Part shown: positions 48,201-58,391 of the stretch, one piece after another | How positions within the stretch are numbered: the first letter of the stretch is position 1 | How the letters are laid out: each line of letters begins with the position of its first letter | Assembly (NCBI GenBank): GCA_944391575.1 | Contig: CALXUC010000002.1 | Location: 25,787-89,786, forward strand | Direction: 5' to 3' | DNA: 64,000 nt | Origin: an uncultured Clostridia bacterium | GTDB taxonomy: Bacteria > Bacillota > Clostridia > TANB77 > CAG-508 | Translations under genes and position numbers: made by a program | Notes under the pieces: model-generated | What the model saw: the letters and a program-made list of their open reading frames with translations, nothing else | What the model was told of the DNA's origin: nothing | Database searches by the model: none

Positions 48201-49040
48201 ATGAATAATATTTTAAGCATTAAAAACTTAACTGTCAAATATGAACATATTTTAGCATTAGATAATATAAATTTAGATGTAGAAAAGGGAGATTTCCTTG
48301 CTATTATCGGGCCTAATGGTGGTGGTAAAACTACTTTTTTAAGAGCTATATTAGGCTTGTTAAAGAAAGAAAGTGGCGAAATCTTAATAGAAGGCAAAAA
48401 TATTGAGAAAAGTAGACATCTAATTGGATATGTACCACAAATTTCTTTAATAGATAGAAAATTTCCTATTTCTGTGTTAGAAGTAGTAATGACTGCTATT
48501 TTAAAACCAGGACTACACCCATTTTTTAAGTATTCTAAAGAGAATAAAGAATTTGCTTTGAAAAAGTTAGATTTAGTTGGTATTAAAGAGTTAGCAAATA
48601 GGCAAATAGCTGATTTATCTGGTGGAGAATTTCAAAGATTATTAATAGCAAGAGCTTTAGCTACTGAACCTAAAATATTATTTTTAGATGAGCCTACCTC
48701 TAATGTAGATCCTCATTCTAAAGAACAAATTTATGAGGTTTTATATAAATTAAATAAAGAAATTACTATAGTAATGGTAACACACGACTTATTAGCTATT
48801 TCTAAAAATGTTAAGAATATAGCGTGTCTTAATAGAACCTTAATATATCATGGAGAACCTGTACTTACAGAAAATGTTGTTAATCAAATGTATGGTTGTC
48901 CTGTAGATTTAATAGCACACGGAGTACCACATAGAGTTTTAGGAGAACACGAAACGCATAATCATAAAATAGAAAATAGTAAGGAAAAGCATGTTAGAAA
49001 TAATAAGGCAAATAATTCTAAAAATAGGAGGACAAAATAA
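48201..49040 (+). CDS. metal ABC transporter ATP-binding protein (ZnuC-like)
   Basis: GPNGGGKTT, LSGGEFQRLLIARAL and ILFLDEPTSNVD motifs. His- and Lys-rich C-terminal tail. Confidence 0.85.
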   Translation: MNNILSIKNLTVKYEHILALDNINLDVEKGDFLAIIGPNGGGKTTFLRAILGLLKKESGEILIEGKNIEKSRHLIGYVPQISLIDRKFPISVLEVVMTAILKPGLHPFFKYSKENKEFALKKLDLVGIKELANRQIADLSGGEFQRLLIARALATEPKILFLDEPTSNVDPHSKEQIYEVLYKLNKEITIVMVTHDLLAISKNVKNIACLNRTLIYHGEPVLTENVVNQMYGCPVDLIAHGVPHRVLGEHETHNHKIENSKEKHVRNNKANNSKNRRTK

Positions 49041-49846
49041 TGTTAGATGCAATTTTAGATTATCAATTTATGCAAAACGCAATAATAGCAATGATACTCG
49101 CAAGCATAGTTTGTGGAATTATAGGGGTAATAATAGTTGAGAAAAAGATGGTAATGTTAAGTGGGGGAATTGCTCATACTTCTTATGGTGGAGTTGGTTT
49201 AGGTTACTTAATGGGATTTGAACCTATAATAGGTGCAATAATTTTTTCTGTATTATCTGCTTTAGGTATTGGTGTAGTAAATAAGAGAGCAGGGAAGGAT
49301 TCTGATATAATTATTGCAATGTTTTGGTCTATTGGAATGGCTTTAGGTATTATTTTTATTGGTTTAATGCCAAGCTATCCACCTGATATGAATTCTTATT
49401 TATTTGGAAATATTTTATCAGTTACAAAGGTAGATTTAATAGCAATGGCAGTTATGTCTGTTATAATTGTTGCAGTTACAATAATTTTATATAATGACTG
49501 GAAAGCGTTTTTATTTGATCCTGAATTTTCAAGAATTAGAGGATTAAGAACTAATTTTCTAGAATTCTTATTACTAATTTTAATAGCATTAACAGTTGTG
49601 GTATTAATAAGAGTAGCAGGTATTATACTAGTAATAGCATTGCTTACAGCACCTGCAGCTATAGCAAAGTTCTGCTCTAATAATTTAAAAAGTAGAATGA
49701 TAATTTCCATTATTTTAGGAATGTTAATTTGTTATGTAGGATTATGGATTTCATATAACTTTAATTTAGCATCAGGGGCTACAATAGTAATATTATCAGG
49801 AATTGCATACTTAATCGGATACATAATTTCTTTAAAGAAAAAATAA
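49040..49846 (+). CDS. metal ABC transporter permease (ABC-3, ZnuB-like)
   Basis: 268 aa, polytopic. The start overlaps the upstream stop (ATAATG). Confidence 0.85.
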   Translation: MLDAILDYQFMQNAIIAMILASIVCGIIGVIIVEKKMVMLSGGIAHTSYGGVGLGYLMGFEPIIGAIIFSVLSALGIGVVNKRAGKDSDIIIAMFWSIGMALGIIFIGLMPSYPPDMNSYLFGNILSVTKVDLIAMAVMSVIIVAVTIILYNDWKAFLFDPEFSRIRGLRTNFLEFLLLILIALTVVVLIRVAGIILVIALLTAPAAIAKFCSNNLKSRMIISIILGMLICYVGLWISYNFNLASGATIVILSGIAYLIGYIISLKKK

Positions 49847-49885
49847 TTATTTATTAGTTACAATTCAGTAAAAATTTTATAAAAA

Positions 49886-49963
49886 CTTGATAGCTATTTT
49901 TAGTCAAAACATAGCTAGGGCGCCACAATCCGGGTCTTGACTTGCAAATAGCTATATATCAAG
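49886..49963 (-). repeat. nested-IR element, copy 11 (type I, B; 4-bp deletion in one terminal IR)
   Basis: CTTGATAGCTATTTTT... core. Outer arms are GTTACAATTCAG (49857) and CTGAATTGTAGC (-50002). Confidence 0.9.
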
Positions 49964-50052
49964 TTTTTGCAAAAGTTATATGTTCTATTACTGAATTGTA
50001 GCATTTATAAAAAAGAAGATTGCATTTAATTACAATCTTCTTTTTTTATCAC

Positions 50053-50430
50053 TTACATACCTTGTTTACCAGGAATTATATAATCAACTACTCCATAAAC
50101 TAATGCGCCTATTATGGCAGCAAGCCAAGATATTGAATATCCTGCTACAAAGAATTGAGTTATATATAATATTACAGCTGCTACTACAAAGCCTACAAAT
50201 CCTTTTCCAAAAGGACTAGCTTCTAATCCTGTAAATTTTACTATTACATAATCTAAAGCTGTTAAAACTATAGCAGCTAATGCTAATGCCCAAAAATTAC
50301 TAATTGAAAATCCTGGTGTGAAAAATGCTGTAATCGCTAAAACTACTGCAGCTGTAACAAGTCTCCAAGCTATTTGTGCAATAGTATTTCCACCACTTTG
50401 AGTTCTAGTATTACTTTGATTTTCTTCCAT
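50053..50430 (-). CDS. small 4-TM membrane protein (phage holin family IV / YvlD-like)
   Basis: 125 aa. TPGFSISNFWALALAAIVLTALDY pattern. Family call is from memory. Confidence 0.45.
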   Translation of the reverse strand: MEENQSNTRTQSGGNTIAQIAWRLVTAAVVLAITAFFTPGFSISNFWALALAAIVLTALDYVIVKFTGLEASPFGKGFVGFVVAAVILYITQFFVAGYSISWLAAIIGALVYGVVDYIIPGKQGM

Positions 50431-50590
50431 AGTGACCTCCTAAAAATTTTTTATGTTATAAAATTTATTGTATTTATATTATTAACAAAATAAAAAAATA
50501 TATTCAAAATTTTTATGTATATAAAAAATTTTTTTGTAAAAAATATTAATATAGAAATAAAGTTACAACTCAGCAGAATTTAAATAAAAG

Positions 50591-50673
50591 CTTGATATAT
50601 AGCTATTATGAAGCTCAAGACCCGGATTGTGTCACCATAGCTATGTTTTGACTAAAAATAGCTATATATCAAG
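50591..50673 (+). repeat. nested-IR element, copy 12 (type I, A)
   Basis: Full core. The spurious N-terminal extension of the ORF-track entry 50627 starts inside it. Confidence 0.9.
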
Positions 50674-50731
50674 CTTTAAAAAGTATATTTTGAGTTATTA
50701 CGAAATAAATAATAATTTAGGAGATGAAATT

Positions 50732-51406
50732 ATGTTAAGCACTTTTATTAGAGTTATATTAATATACATAATAGTATTAATAGTAATGAGAATAATGGGA
50801 AAGAGGGAAATTGGACAACTTCAACCTTTCGAGTTGGTAGTAGCAATTATGATAGCAGATCTTGGAACTATTCCTATGGCAAATTTAGGTATCCCCATAA
50901 CAGACGGAATAATACCTATTTTAGGTCTTTTGTTAATGCATATTTTAATTTCTATTCTAAATATGAAAAGTATTAAGATAAGAGAGATTTTATGTGGAAA
51001 GCCTAGAATTTTAATTTATAGAGGAAAAATCGATGAGAAGGCATTAAAAAAAGAACGTTTTACTTTAAATGAATTGCAAGAAAGATTAAGAAGTGTAAAT
51101 ATAATAAATATTGGAGATGTTGAATATGCAATTTTAGAAACTAGTGGCCAAATTACAGTAATTCAAAAGCCTGATAAGAGAAATGTAACTCCAAAAGATT
51201 TAAATATAATGCCAGAATATGAGGGCTTACCTTACGATTTAGTTGTAGATGGAAAAGTTATGGAGCAGAATTTAAAGATATTGGGAAAAGATTATAATTG
51301 GTTGAAAAAAGAAGTTGGTAAGTTTAAAATGAAGCCTGAGGAAGCTTTAATAGTTACTATAGATGGCGCAAATCAAATTTTTTGCCAAAAGAAAAGTGAG
51401 AATTAA
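50732..51406 (+). CDS. DUF421/YetF-family membrane protein
   Basis: ATG 50732 follows AGGAGAT. MLSTFIRVILIYIIVLIVMRIMGKREIGQLQPFELVVAIMIADLG is typical of YetF-like proteins. Confidence 0.7.
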   Translation: MLSTFIRVILIYIIVLIVMRIMGKREIGQLQPFELVVAIMIADLGTIPMANLGIPITDGIIPILGLLLMHILISILNMKSIKIREILCGKPRILIYRGKIDEKALKKERFTLNELQERLRSVNIINIGDVEYAILETSGQITVIQKPDKRNVTPKDLNIMPEYEGLPYDLVVDGKVMEQNLKILGKDYNWLKKEVGKFKMKPEEALIVTIDGANQIFCQKKSEN

Positions 51407-51417
51407 GAGGGGAGCGT

Positions 51418-51810
51418 ATGTTTAAAGAGATTTTTATAATTATAAGTATAATAATAATTATTATATCTTCAAATTTTTTAATACAAAATTATTTAAAAAA
51501 CAGCAGTCAAGAATTTATTGATAAAACAGCTGAGGTTTCTGATTTACTAATAAATAATGAGGATATAAATTATGATGATATAAAGGGAAAAGTAGGAGAG
51601 TTAGAAAGCAAATGGAGTGAAGTAGAAAATATATGGATGTTGATTTTATTACATTCTGATTTAGATTTAATAGACCAAAGTATAAATGAATTAAAAAGTT
51701 CTTTAGAATTAAAAAATAAAGAAATTTCGTATCTAAATGCAAAAAATTTACAATTTCTAATAGAAAATATTTCTGAAAAAAATGAATTTAATTTAAAAAA
51801 TATTTTCTAA
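51418..51810 (+). CDS. DUF4363-like small membrane-anchored protein
   Basis: 130 aa with an N-terminal TM helix. A gene in this position commonly follows DUF421 genes. Confidence 0.5.
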   Translation: MFKEIFIIISIIIIIISSNFLIQNYLKNSSQEFIDKTAEVSDLLINNEDINYDDIKGKVGELESKWSEVENIWMLILLHSDLDLIDQSINELKSSLELKNKEISYLNAKNLQFLIENISEKNEFNLKNIF

Positions 51811-51819
51811 AAATTAATA

Positions 51820-51854
51820 AAAAAGAGGCACCTTAAAATAAGGTGCCTCTTTAG
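51820..51854. terminator. bidirectional terminator
   Basis: AGAGGCACCTT-AAAAT-AAGGTGCCTCT, an 11-bp stem flanked by A-run and T-run. Confidence 0.7.
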
Positions 51855-51880
51855 GAGTTGTTAATAAGCAATTAGTTTGA

Positions 51881-52276
51881 TTAGTCAAACAAATCGTCCA
51901 ACTCATCAAATTCCTTTCTCAAAGATTCCTTTGCTTCAGTTTGGAGATTTCTCCCCTTATTGAAGGCCAGCATCAAAAGCTTCTCATCGATATATGACGA
52001 TGAGATCGGGTTTGCATAATTCGTAAGCCCCCCCTCAATGGCCCGCACAATGGCGAGAATCTTTTCAGGAGCGCATTCCAACGATTCCTTTACGAAGTTT
52101 TCGTAATCAGTGCGAGGAGCACTGTCAAACTTGAAGACCTTAACCGCGAACGGCAGGCCGTACAAGGAAAACATCACATACAGATTCGCAAAAACTAAGT
52201 ACTTTACCCTGTCGTGAGTAAGAAAAACCACTTCAGATTCTTCGATAAACTTGCTCCAACAAAAAACCTTGTTCAT
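51881..52276 (-). CDS. GC-rich orphan protein with an acidic C-terminus (cassette D)
   Basis: 131 aa, MNKVFCWSKFIEESEVVFLTHDRVKY...EFDELDDLFD. AGGAG RBS. In-frame CGG (Arg78). No family recognised. Confidence 0.5.
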   Translation of the reverse strand: MNKVFCWSKFIEESEVVFLTHDRVKYLVFANLYVMFSLYGLPFAVKVFKFDSAPRTDYENFVKESLECAPEKILAIVRAIEGGLTNYANPISSSYIDEKLLMLAFNKGRNLQTEAKESLRKEFDELDDLFD

Positions 52277-52337
52277 AAAGATTACTCCTGTTTTTATAGC
52301 TAAAAAATTTAGCTATATGTTAAAAATGAACAAATAT

Positions 52338-52366
52338 ATTATAACAGTTTAAAAATATTATGTCAA
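52338..52366 (-). promoter_or_regulatory. promoter of cassette D
   Basis: On the minus strand: TTGACA, 17 bp, TATAAT. The 5' UTR hairpin is ATAGCTAAA-TTT-TTTAGCTAT. Confidence 0.5.
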
Positions 52367-52463
52367 GTAATTTTTCTTATATTAATCTTGCAAAATTAAA
52401 AAAATAATGGTAAAATATTGTTTGGAAATTGTTACAATTTGTTATTGCAAAATATCTTAAAAA

Positions 52464-52553
52464 AGTATTTATATATTAATATTTTGCAATCAAAGACCCG
52501 GATTGTTACACCCTAGCTATTTTTTTGATAAAAAATATTAATATATAAATACT
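52464..52553 (+). repeat. nested-IR element, copy 13 (type II variant) in the ftsY leader
   Basis: AGTATTTATATATTAATATTTTGCAATCAAAGACCCGGATTGTTACACCCTAGCTAT...AAAATATTAATATATAAATACT. Confidence 0.85.
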
Positions 52554-52613
52554 TTAATATGCTTTATAATAAGTTGAAAGTTGTGACAAAAATAAGTTAA
52601 CAAGGAGATTATT

Positions 52614-53516
52614 ATGGGATTTTTTGATAAATTAAAAGAAGGTTTGCAAAAAACAAAATCTAATTTTTCAAATGTATTTACTCCATTTAGAAAAGTAGAT
52701 GAAGAATTATTAGAAGAATTAGAAGAAACAATGATTATGTCTGATATTGGTACAGATACAACTATGAAGATTATTAATAATTTAAGAGAAAGAGTTAAGA
52801 AAGAAAAGTTACAAGATGTTAATCAAGTAAAAGAAGCATTAAGAGAAGAAATTCAAAAAGTTTTTGATATAGATAGTTGTAAAGATTTAAATATAGAAGT
52901 AACTCCAGCTGTAATTTTAGTAGTAGGTGTAAATGGTGTAGGTAAAACAACATCTATTGGTAAGATTGCTAATAAGTTAAGAAATGACGGCAAGAAAGTT
53001 GTTATAGCAGCAGCAGATACATTTAGGGCAGCAGCAGTAGAACAATTAGAAATATGGGGAAAAAGAGCTGGTGTAGATGTTATTAAGAAAGCTGAAGGTT
53101 CTGACCCTGCTTCTGTTGTTTTTGAGGGAATAAGAGTAGCAAAGGAGAAAAATGCTGATGTGTTAATTTGTGATACTGCAGGAAGATTACATAATAAACA
53201 AAATTTAATGGACGAGCTTAATAAGATGAATAGAGTAATAGAAAAAGAGTTACCTAATTCTTCTAAAGAAGTTTTGCTAGTTTTAGATGCTACTACTGGG
53301 CAAAATGCTATTTTACAAGTAAAAGCTTTTAAAGAAACTGTAGATATAACTGGTTTAGTTTTAACTAAATTAGATGGAACTGCTAAAGGAGGAGTAGTAA
53401 TAGGTATAGTTGCAGAAAATAATATACCTGTTAAATTTATAGGCGTTGGGGAACAAATAGATGATATGAGAGAATTTAATGCAAGCGATTTCGTAAGAGC
53501 AATAATAGAAGATTAA
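52614..53516 (+). CDS. ftsY: signal recognition particle receptor FtsY
   Basis: 300 aa. GVNGVGKTTSIGK, DTAGRLHNK and TKLDGTAKGG motifs. Confidence 0.95.
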   Translation: MGFFDKLKEGLQKTKSNFSNVFTPFRKVDEELLEELEETMIMSDIGTDTTMKIINNLRERVKKEKLQDVNQVKEALREEIQKVFDIDSCKDLNIEVTPAVILVVGVNGVGKTTSIGKIANKLRNDGKKVVIAAADTFRAAAVEQLEIWGKRAGVDVIKKAEGSDPASVVFEGIRVAKEKNADVLICDTAGRLHNKQNLMDELNKMNRVIEKELPNSSKEVLLVLDATTGQNAILQVKAFKETVDITGLVLTKLDGTAKGGVVIGIVAENNIPVKFIGVGEQIDDMREFNASDFVRAIIED

Positions 53517-53540
53517 TTTTATGCTAGAGGTGAAATTTTT

Positions 53541-56348
53541 ATGAAAGCTGAAAAAAGTAATTCTACTTTAAAAAAATCTAATATAAGAATGATATTAGTA
53601 ATAATCTTTATACTTATCTATGGTATTTTCAATTATTGTAATATACGTGGAGAATATTTATATTATTTAGAACTCGGCTCACAGTATGTTGAAAAATATA
53701 TGCAAAGCTTAAATTATAATATAATAATTTCGGCTATTAATTTTGTATTATTATTTGTAATATTTTATATAGTAACAATGTTTATAAAAAAAGGATTAAA
53801 ACAATTTTTTATAGAAGAAAAAATAGTAATGCCAAAACTTCCAAATAAATCATTATCATTAGTTATAAGTGCTATTTTAACAATAATTGTTGTACCACAA
53901 ATGTCTTCTAAAATAATTTTACTTATAAATGCAACTTCTTTTGAAATGTATGACCCAATTTTTGGTGCAGATATTGGGTATTATATTTTTAATCAGCCTG
54001 CAATAGAAATGATATTGCAATATATAATTTTTATTGGTGTCATCTTATTATTTTATGTAGGTATTTATTACATAGCTGCACTTAATATATATTTTAACGG
54101 AGTAGAAATAGAAACTTTAAAGAAAAATATAGTTATTAAATTAATTATAACAATTTTAATGGTTATTACTTTAGCAGTAGCAGGAATAGTATTTATAAAA
54201 TCATCTGATGTTTTATTTACAAATTTTTTAAATTTAAGTAATGATTTATCACTTGTAGGAGCCGGAGCTGGAGATATTTTATTAAAAGTATGGGGATTTA
54301 GGATATTAAGTGTAATTATTATAATCTCTGTAATTTTAATAATTATGAATATTAGAAAAGGTAATAAGAAAAATGCTTTAAAATCAGCATTAATAGTTCC
54401 TGCATATTTAATAATTTTATTTTTGCTTATGGTGGGTTACCAATTTTTATTTGTAGATAGAAATGAGTTAAATACAGAGTATGATTATATAAAACATAAT
54501 ATAGAAAATACTCAAAATGCATATAATATTAAAGTTGAGGAAAATGACTTAAATTATTCTGGAACTGTTACTTATGAAGAAATTCAAAATAATAATTTGA
54601 TTTTAAGTAATATTCCAGTAGTGGATGAAAATACTACATTAACAACTTTAAATGAGTATCAAAGTAAACAAGGTTATTACGTATATAATAATACGAAATT
54701 ATTGGAATATAATAATGAATTAGTATATGTAACACCGAGAGAAATTATAAGTAATAGTATTACTTCAAAAGCAAATAATACTTACGAATATACACATGGA
54801 TATGGAACAATTATAACATCTGCAACTAGATTAAATGAAGATGCGGGTATAGAATATTTACAATCAGATTTCGAGAGTATGGCAGAGGAGGATTTTGTAG
54901 ATATTACAGAACCAAGAATATATTTTGGACTTGAAACGAATAATTTTATGGTCACAAATTTAAATGATAAAAAAGAGTTTGATTATATTTCAGATACATC
55001 AGAAATAGTAGAAACAACGTATGAGGGTGAAGCTGGTATTCATTTGGGATTTTTAGATAGATTAATTTTATCTATTAAAGAGAAGAATATGGGAATATTA
55101 TTTGCTAATGGATATAATGATGAAAGTAAAATTCTATTTAATAGAAATATTTTAGATAGAGTGAAAAAGATTTTACCAGAAATAATTTATGATGAAAATC
55201 CATATTTAGTAATATCAGATGAGGGACGTTTAGTTTGGGTTATAGATGGCTATACTGTAACAGATAGGTACCCATATTCTAATAGTACTACAATAACTGT
55301 TGAAGGTAATAGAAAGACTATTAATTATATTAGAAATTCTGTTAAAGTTTTAGTAGATGCATATGATGGAACTGTATCTTACTATATTACAGATAGAAAT
55401 GACCCTATAATAATGGCGTATTGGAACTTATATCCAAGTATTTTTAAAGATATGGACGAAACACTTCCAGAAGATATAAAAGACCACATAACGTATCCAG
55501 AATTTTTATATAATATTCAATCTGAAATGTTGAATATTTATCACAATGTACAGCCAGAAGTGTTGTATAGAGGCGATGATGTATGGAAAATAGCGACATA
55601 TCAATCATCTACGACTACAAGTAAGGCAACAAAAATGTCTCCAAATTATACTATGGTAGCTGTTGAAAAGCATAATAATGTATCTCATGAGTTGGCTTTA
55701 GTAATACCATATACTATGGAGCAAAGACAAAATTTAAATGCATATTTATTAGGTTATTATGATAAAGAAAGTAATGAAAATAAATTAGTATTAAATAAGT
55801 TCAATTCTGATAATGGAATTTTAGGCCCTAATCAAATTGAAAGGCAAATTACTGAAGATGAGGAAATCTCAAAAGAAATTGAGGATATTTCTTTAGCTGG
55901 TACTAAAATAGTGAAAAATCTATATGTGATTCCTATAGAAAATACTATATTATATGTAGAACCTATTTACCAAGTATTAGTAAATGAATCACCGGTTCCA
56001 GTATTAAAGAAAGTAATAGTATCTTCAGGTAATAAATTAGCAATAGGTGATACTCTAGAACAAGCTTTGAATAATTTATTATCTCAATATGCTTTTAATA
56101 TAGAAGTAGAGAATAATGAAGATATAGATGCTGTTATAGAATCTATAATAAGAGCAAATGAAAACTTAAAATCTTCTACAGAAAGTAATGACTGGTCTTT
56201 AATTGGGCAAGATATTGAAACTCTTCAAGAATTAATAGAAAGATTACAAGTCTTAAAAGAAGAAGAAAATAACGAAAGTGTAGAAAATTTAAATACAAAT
56301 AGCGTTGAAAATAACCTTGAAAACGTTGTAGATGATAGTAATATGTAG
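53541..56348 (+). CDS. UPF0182-family large membrane protein
   Basis: 935 aa. An N-terminal block of about 7 TM helices, then a large extracytoplasmic domain. Size and topology match UPF0182 proteins of Clostridia as I remember them. Confidence 0.55.
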   Translation: MKAEKSNSTLKKSNIRMILVIIFILIYGIFNYCNIRGEYLYYLELGSQYVEKYMQSLNYNIIISAINFVLLFVIFYIVTMFIKKGLKQFFIEEKIVMPKLPNKSLSLVISAILTIIVVPQMSSKIILLINATSFEMYDPIFGADIGYYIFNQPAIEMILQYIIFIGVILLFYVGIYYIAALNIYFNGVEIETLKKNIVIKLIITILMVITLAVAGIVFIKSSDVLFTNFLNLSNDLSLVGAGAGDILLKVWGFRILSVIIIISVILIIMNIRKGNKKNALKSALIVPAYLIILFLLMVGYQFLFVDRNELNTEYDYIKHNIENTQNAYNIKVEENDLNYSGTVTYEEIQNNNLILSNIPVVDENTTLTTLNEYQSKQGYYVYNNTKLLEYNNELVYVTPREIISNSITSKANNTYEYTHGYGTIITSATRLNEDAGIEYLQSDFESMAEEDFVDITEPRIYFGLETNNFMVTNLNDKKEFDYISDTSEIVETTYEGEAGIHLGFLDRLILSIKEKNMGILFANGYNDESKILFNRNILDRVKKILPEIIYDENPYLVISDEGRLVWVIDGYTVTDRYPYSNSTTITVEGNRKTINYIRNSVKVLVDAYDGTVSYYITDRNDPIIMAYWNLYPSIFKDMDETLPEDIKDHITYPEFLYNIQSEMLNIYHNVQPEVLYRGDDVWKIATYQSSTTTSKATKMSPNYTMVAVEKHNNVSHELALVIPYTMEQRQNLNAYLLGYYDKESNENKLVLNKFNSDNGILGPNQIERQITEDEEISKEIEDISLAGTKIVKNLYVIPIENTILYVEPIYQVLVNESPVPVLKKVIVSSGNKLAIGDTLEQALNNLLSQYAFNIEVENNEDIDAVIESIIRANENLKSSTESNDWSLIGQDIETLQELIERLQVLKEEENNESVENLNTNSVENNLENVVDDSNM

Positions 56349-56376
56349 AACTTTATAAAAATATAGGAGGAGTAAA

Positions 56377-57573
56377 ATGATAGAGAAATTATTTTTTAAT
56401 TTAGTAGCAACAGCATTGTTTATTATAATATTTTTTATAATGGCAAGAAAGAATAATACAACATATATTAGTTTATTAGTTATAGAAGCGATAGGTATTG
56501 CAATAAACTTTTTAGAAATAAACTTTAATATATTTGTACAATGGCCATTTAAAGTAATAGAATATATATTCTCTATTATTTTACCTATTATAGTAATATT
56601 TTTAGAACGTAAAAATATTATAAAATACCCAGAAATAATTGCTTTAATAATGAATAGATATTATATAGCTACAAATAATGATGAAAAAAATAAGAAAATG
56701 TTATTAAAATTAATAAGTAAAGACCAAAATAGTATTTTAGCACATAAGTTGTTAGCAAAATCTTATGAAAAAGACGGTAAAATTGAGTTTGCTATAGATG
56801 AGTATTTAAGAGTAGTAGACTTAAATAATGATGATATTAAGACATATTTTAAATTATCTAATTTATATGAAAATTTAAATAAAGATGACGAAGCTATAGC
56901 AATATTAAATAATTTATTATACCAAAAACCAGACTGCTATAAAGCTTCTATTATGTTAGGTGATATTTTATATAAAACAGAACAATTTAAAAAGGCAATA
57001 GAGGTTTATACAGAGGCTTTAAAATATAATGTTAATGATTATGATTTATACTATAATTTAGGTATGGTATATATTAGATTAAATGATTTTTCTAATGCAG
57101 AAATTTGTTACAAGAGAGCTGCGGAAATAAATACTAAATTATATAATGGATATTATATGTTAGGAAAATTAAGCTTATTATCTAATGATATAGGAGAAGC
57201 GGAAAAATATTTTATAGAAAGTATATCTGGTGAAGAAGTAGAGACAAGCTCATACTTTGAATTAGCTAAAATATATATGTTGAAAAATGAAAGAGAAAAA
57301 AGTATAACATTTTTGCAAAAAGCAATAGAATTAGATGTAAAATACGTGAATTTAGCGAGAAAAGAACCTATGTTTATTCCCATAAAGCAATATATTAAAG
57401 CACCTGAAAATATAGAATATGTAGAAGAAGGACCTAAAAAGACTTTATCTAAAAAAGAAAGTGATTTAATAGAAAAATTAGATGCAGATATAGAATTATC
57501 ACAAAACTTAGGCTTCAAACAAAGAGAAATGGAAATAAAACGATTAGAAAAAGATGAAAGAAATTTTGAGTAA
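56377..57573 (+). CDS. membrane-anchored TPR-repeat protein
   Basis: 398 aa. N-terminal TM helices followed by repeated 34-residue A..Y...L......A...Y..AL patterns. Confidence 0.65.
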   Translation: MIEKLFFNLVATALFIIIFFIMARKNNTTYISLLVIEAIGIAINFLEINFNIFVQWPFKVIEYIFSIILPIIVIFLERKNIIKYPEIIALIMNRYYIATNNDEKNKKMLLKLISKDQNSILAHKLLAKSYEKDGKIEFAIDEYLRVVDLNNDDIKTYFKLSNLYENLNKDDEAIAILNNLLYQKPDCYKASIMLGDILYKTEQFKKAIEVYTEALKYNVNDYDLYYNLGMVYIRLNDFSNAEICYKRAAEINTKLYNGYYMLGKLSLLSNDIGEAEKYFIESISGEEVETSSYFELAKIYMLKNEREKSITFLQKAIELDVKYVNLARKEPMFIPIKQYIKAPENIEYVEEGPKKTLSKKESDLIEKLDADIELSQNLGFKQREMEIKRLEKDERNFE

Positions 57574-57702
57574 GAAATTCTAATTCTATTTAATTATGAA
57601 TAGTCTTACTTTGCAAAATTTTATATTAAAATAAATATTAACAATATTTAATAAAACTTCATATAATGTACTATCCACATAACTGCGTAGGAGGTAGATA
57701 GT

Positions 57703-57954
57703 ATGGAACCACAAATAAATATAAGTTGTAGAAGAACAAGAAATAATAGTTGTTGCTGTTTATTAATTTTAATATTTTTATTAGCATTTCTATTAGCTTT
57801 TGCAGTTGGAGTTTTAATTGGTGGAGTAACTGGATTATTTTCAGTTATCGGTTTAGGTGCATTTATAGTTTTAATAACATTATTAGTTACATTTTTAATA
57901 GGGGTGATTATTTATTATTTATGTATAAGATGTAGAAGAAGTTTTTGCAGGTAA
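57703..57954 (+). CDS. small Cys-rich membrane protein
   Basis: 83 aa. AGGAGG RBS. CRRTRNNSCCC at the N-terminus and CIRCRRSFC at the C-terminus flank two TM helices. Confidence 0.45.
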   Translation: MEPQINISCRRTRNNSCCCLLILIFLLAFLLAFAVGVLIGGVTGLFSVIGLGAFIVLITLLVTFLIGVIIYYLCIRCRRSFCR

Positions 57955-58022
57955 ATCTTATTAAATAGAAAGCCAGAGAGAATATCTTTGGCTTTTATAA
58001 TTTAGCAGATATTTATTTAAAA

Positions 58023-58103
58023 CTTGATATATAGCTATTTGCAAGTCAAGACCTGGATTGTTAACCCCAGTTATGTTTTGACTAAAAATAGCTATATATA
58101 AAG
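58023..58103 (+). repeat. nested-IR element, copy 14 (type I, A), first of a tandem pair
   Basis: Core with a 1-nt shorter variable centre (GTTAACCCC). Confidence 0.9.
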
Positions 58104-58141
58104 CTTTTAGTAAGTATAGCGAACATATAACTTTAAAAAAA

Positions 58142-58222
58142 CTTGATATATAGCTATTTGCAAGTCAAGACCCGGATTGTTAACCCTAGCTATGTTTTGA
58201 CTAAAAATAGCTATATATCAAG
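58142..58222 (+). repeat. nested-IR element, copy 15 (type I, A), second of a tandem pair
   Basis: Core lies 38 bp after copy 14. The spacer contains the ACATATAACTTT flank motif. Confidence 0.9.
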
Positions 58223-58391
58223 TTTTTAGTAAGTATATCCTAAAGCTATTTGCATTTTAAAATGAAATATAGTATAATGAAAACGAATTTTGTATTTTGA
58301 TATACTAAATACAAAATAAACATATTATATTCACATAATATTAATGTGAGCAATAATATATAGTAATACAAATTTGAAAGGAATGAATAAA

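Noticed and set aside
48152-48397. 81-aa minus-strand ORF
   Set aside because: It is antisense to the ABC ATPase gene and ends inside repeat copy 10. It is spurious.
50627-50731. N-terminal extension MCHHSYVLTKNSYISSF... of the DUF421 gene (and the similar MWRPSYVLTKNSYISSF... extension of bofA at 60446-60556)
   Set aside because: Both extensions are translations of the repeat element. Real starts with RBSs lie downstream (50732 and 60445).
57750-57935. 61-aa alternative-frame ORF inside the small Cys-rich membrane protein gene
   Set aside because: It has no RBS. The 57703 frame has AGGAGG and a coherent two-TM topology.
58223-58391. glmS ribozyme in the glmS leader
   Set aside because: The leader is extremely AT-rich and I could not see the conserved GC-rich ribozyme core. 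A covariance-model search would be needed for certainty.
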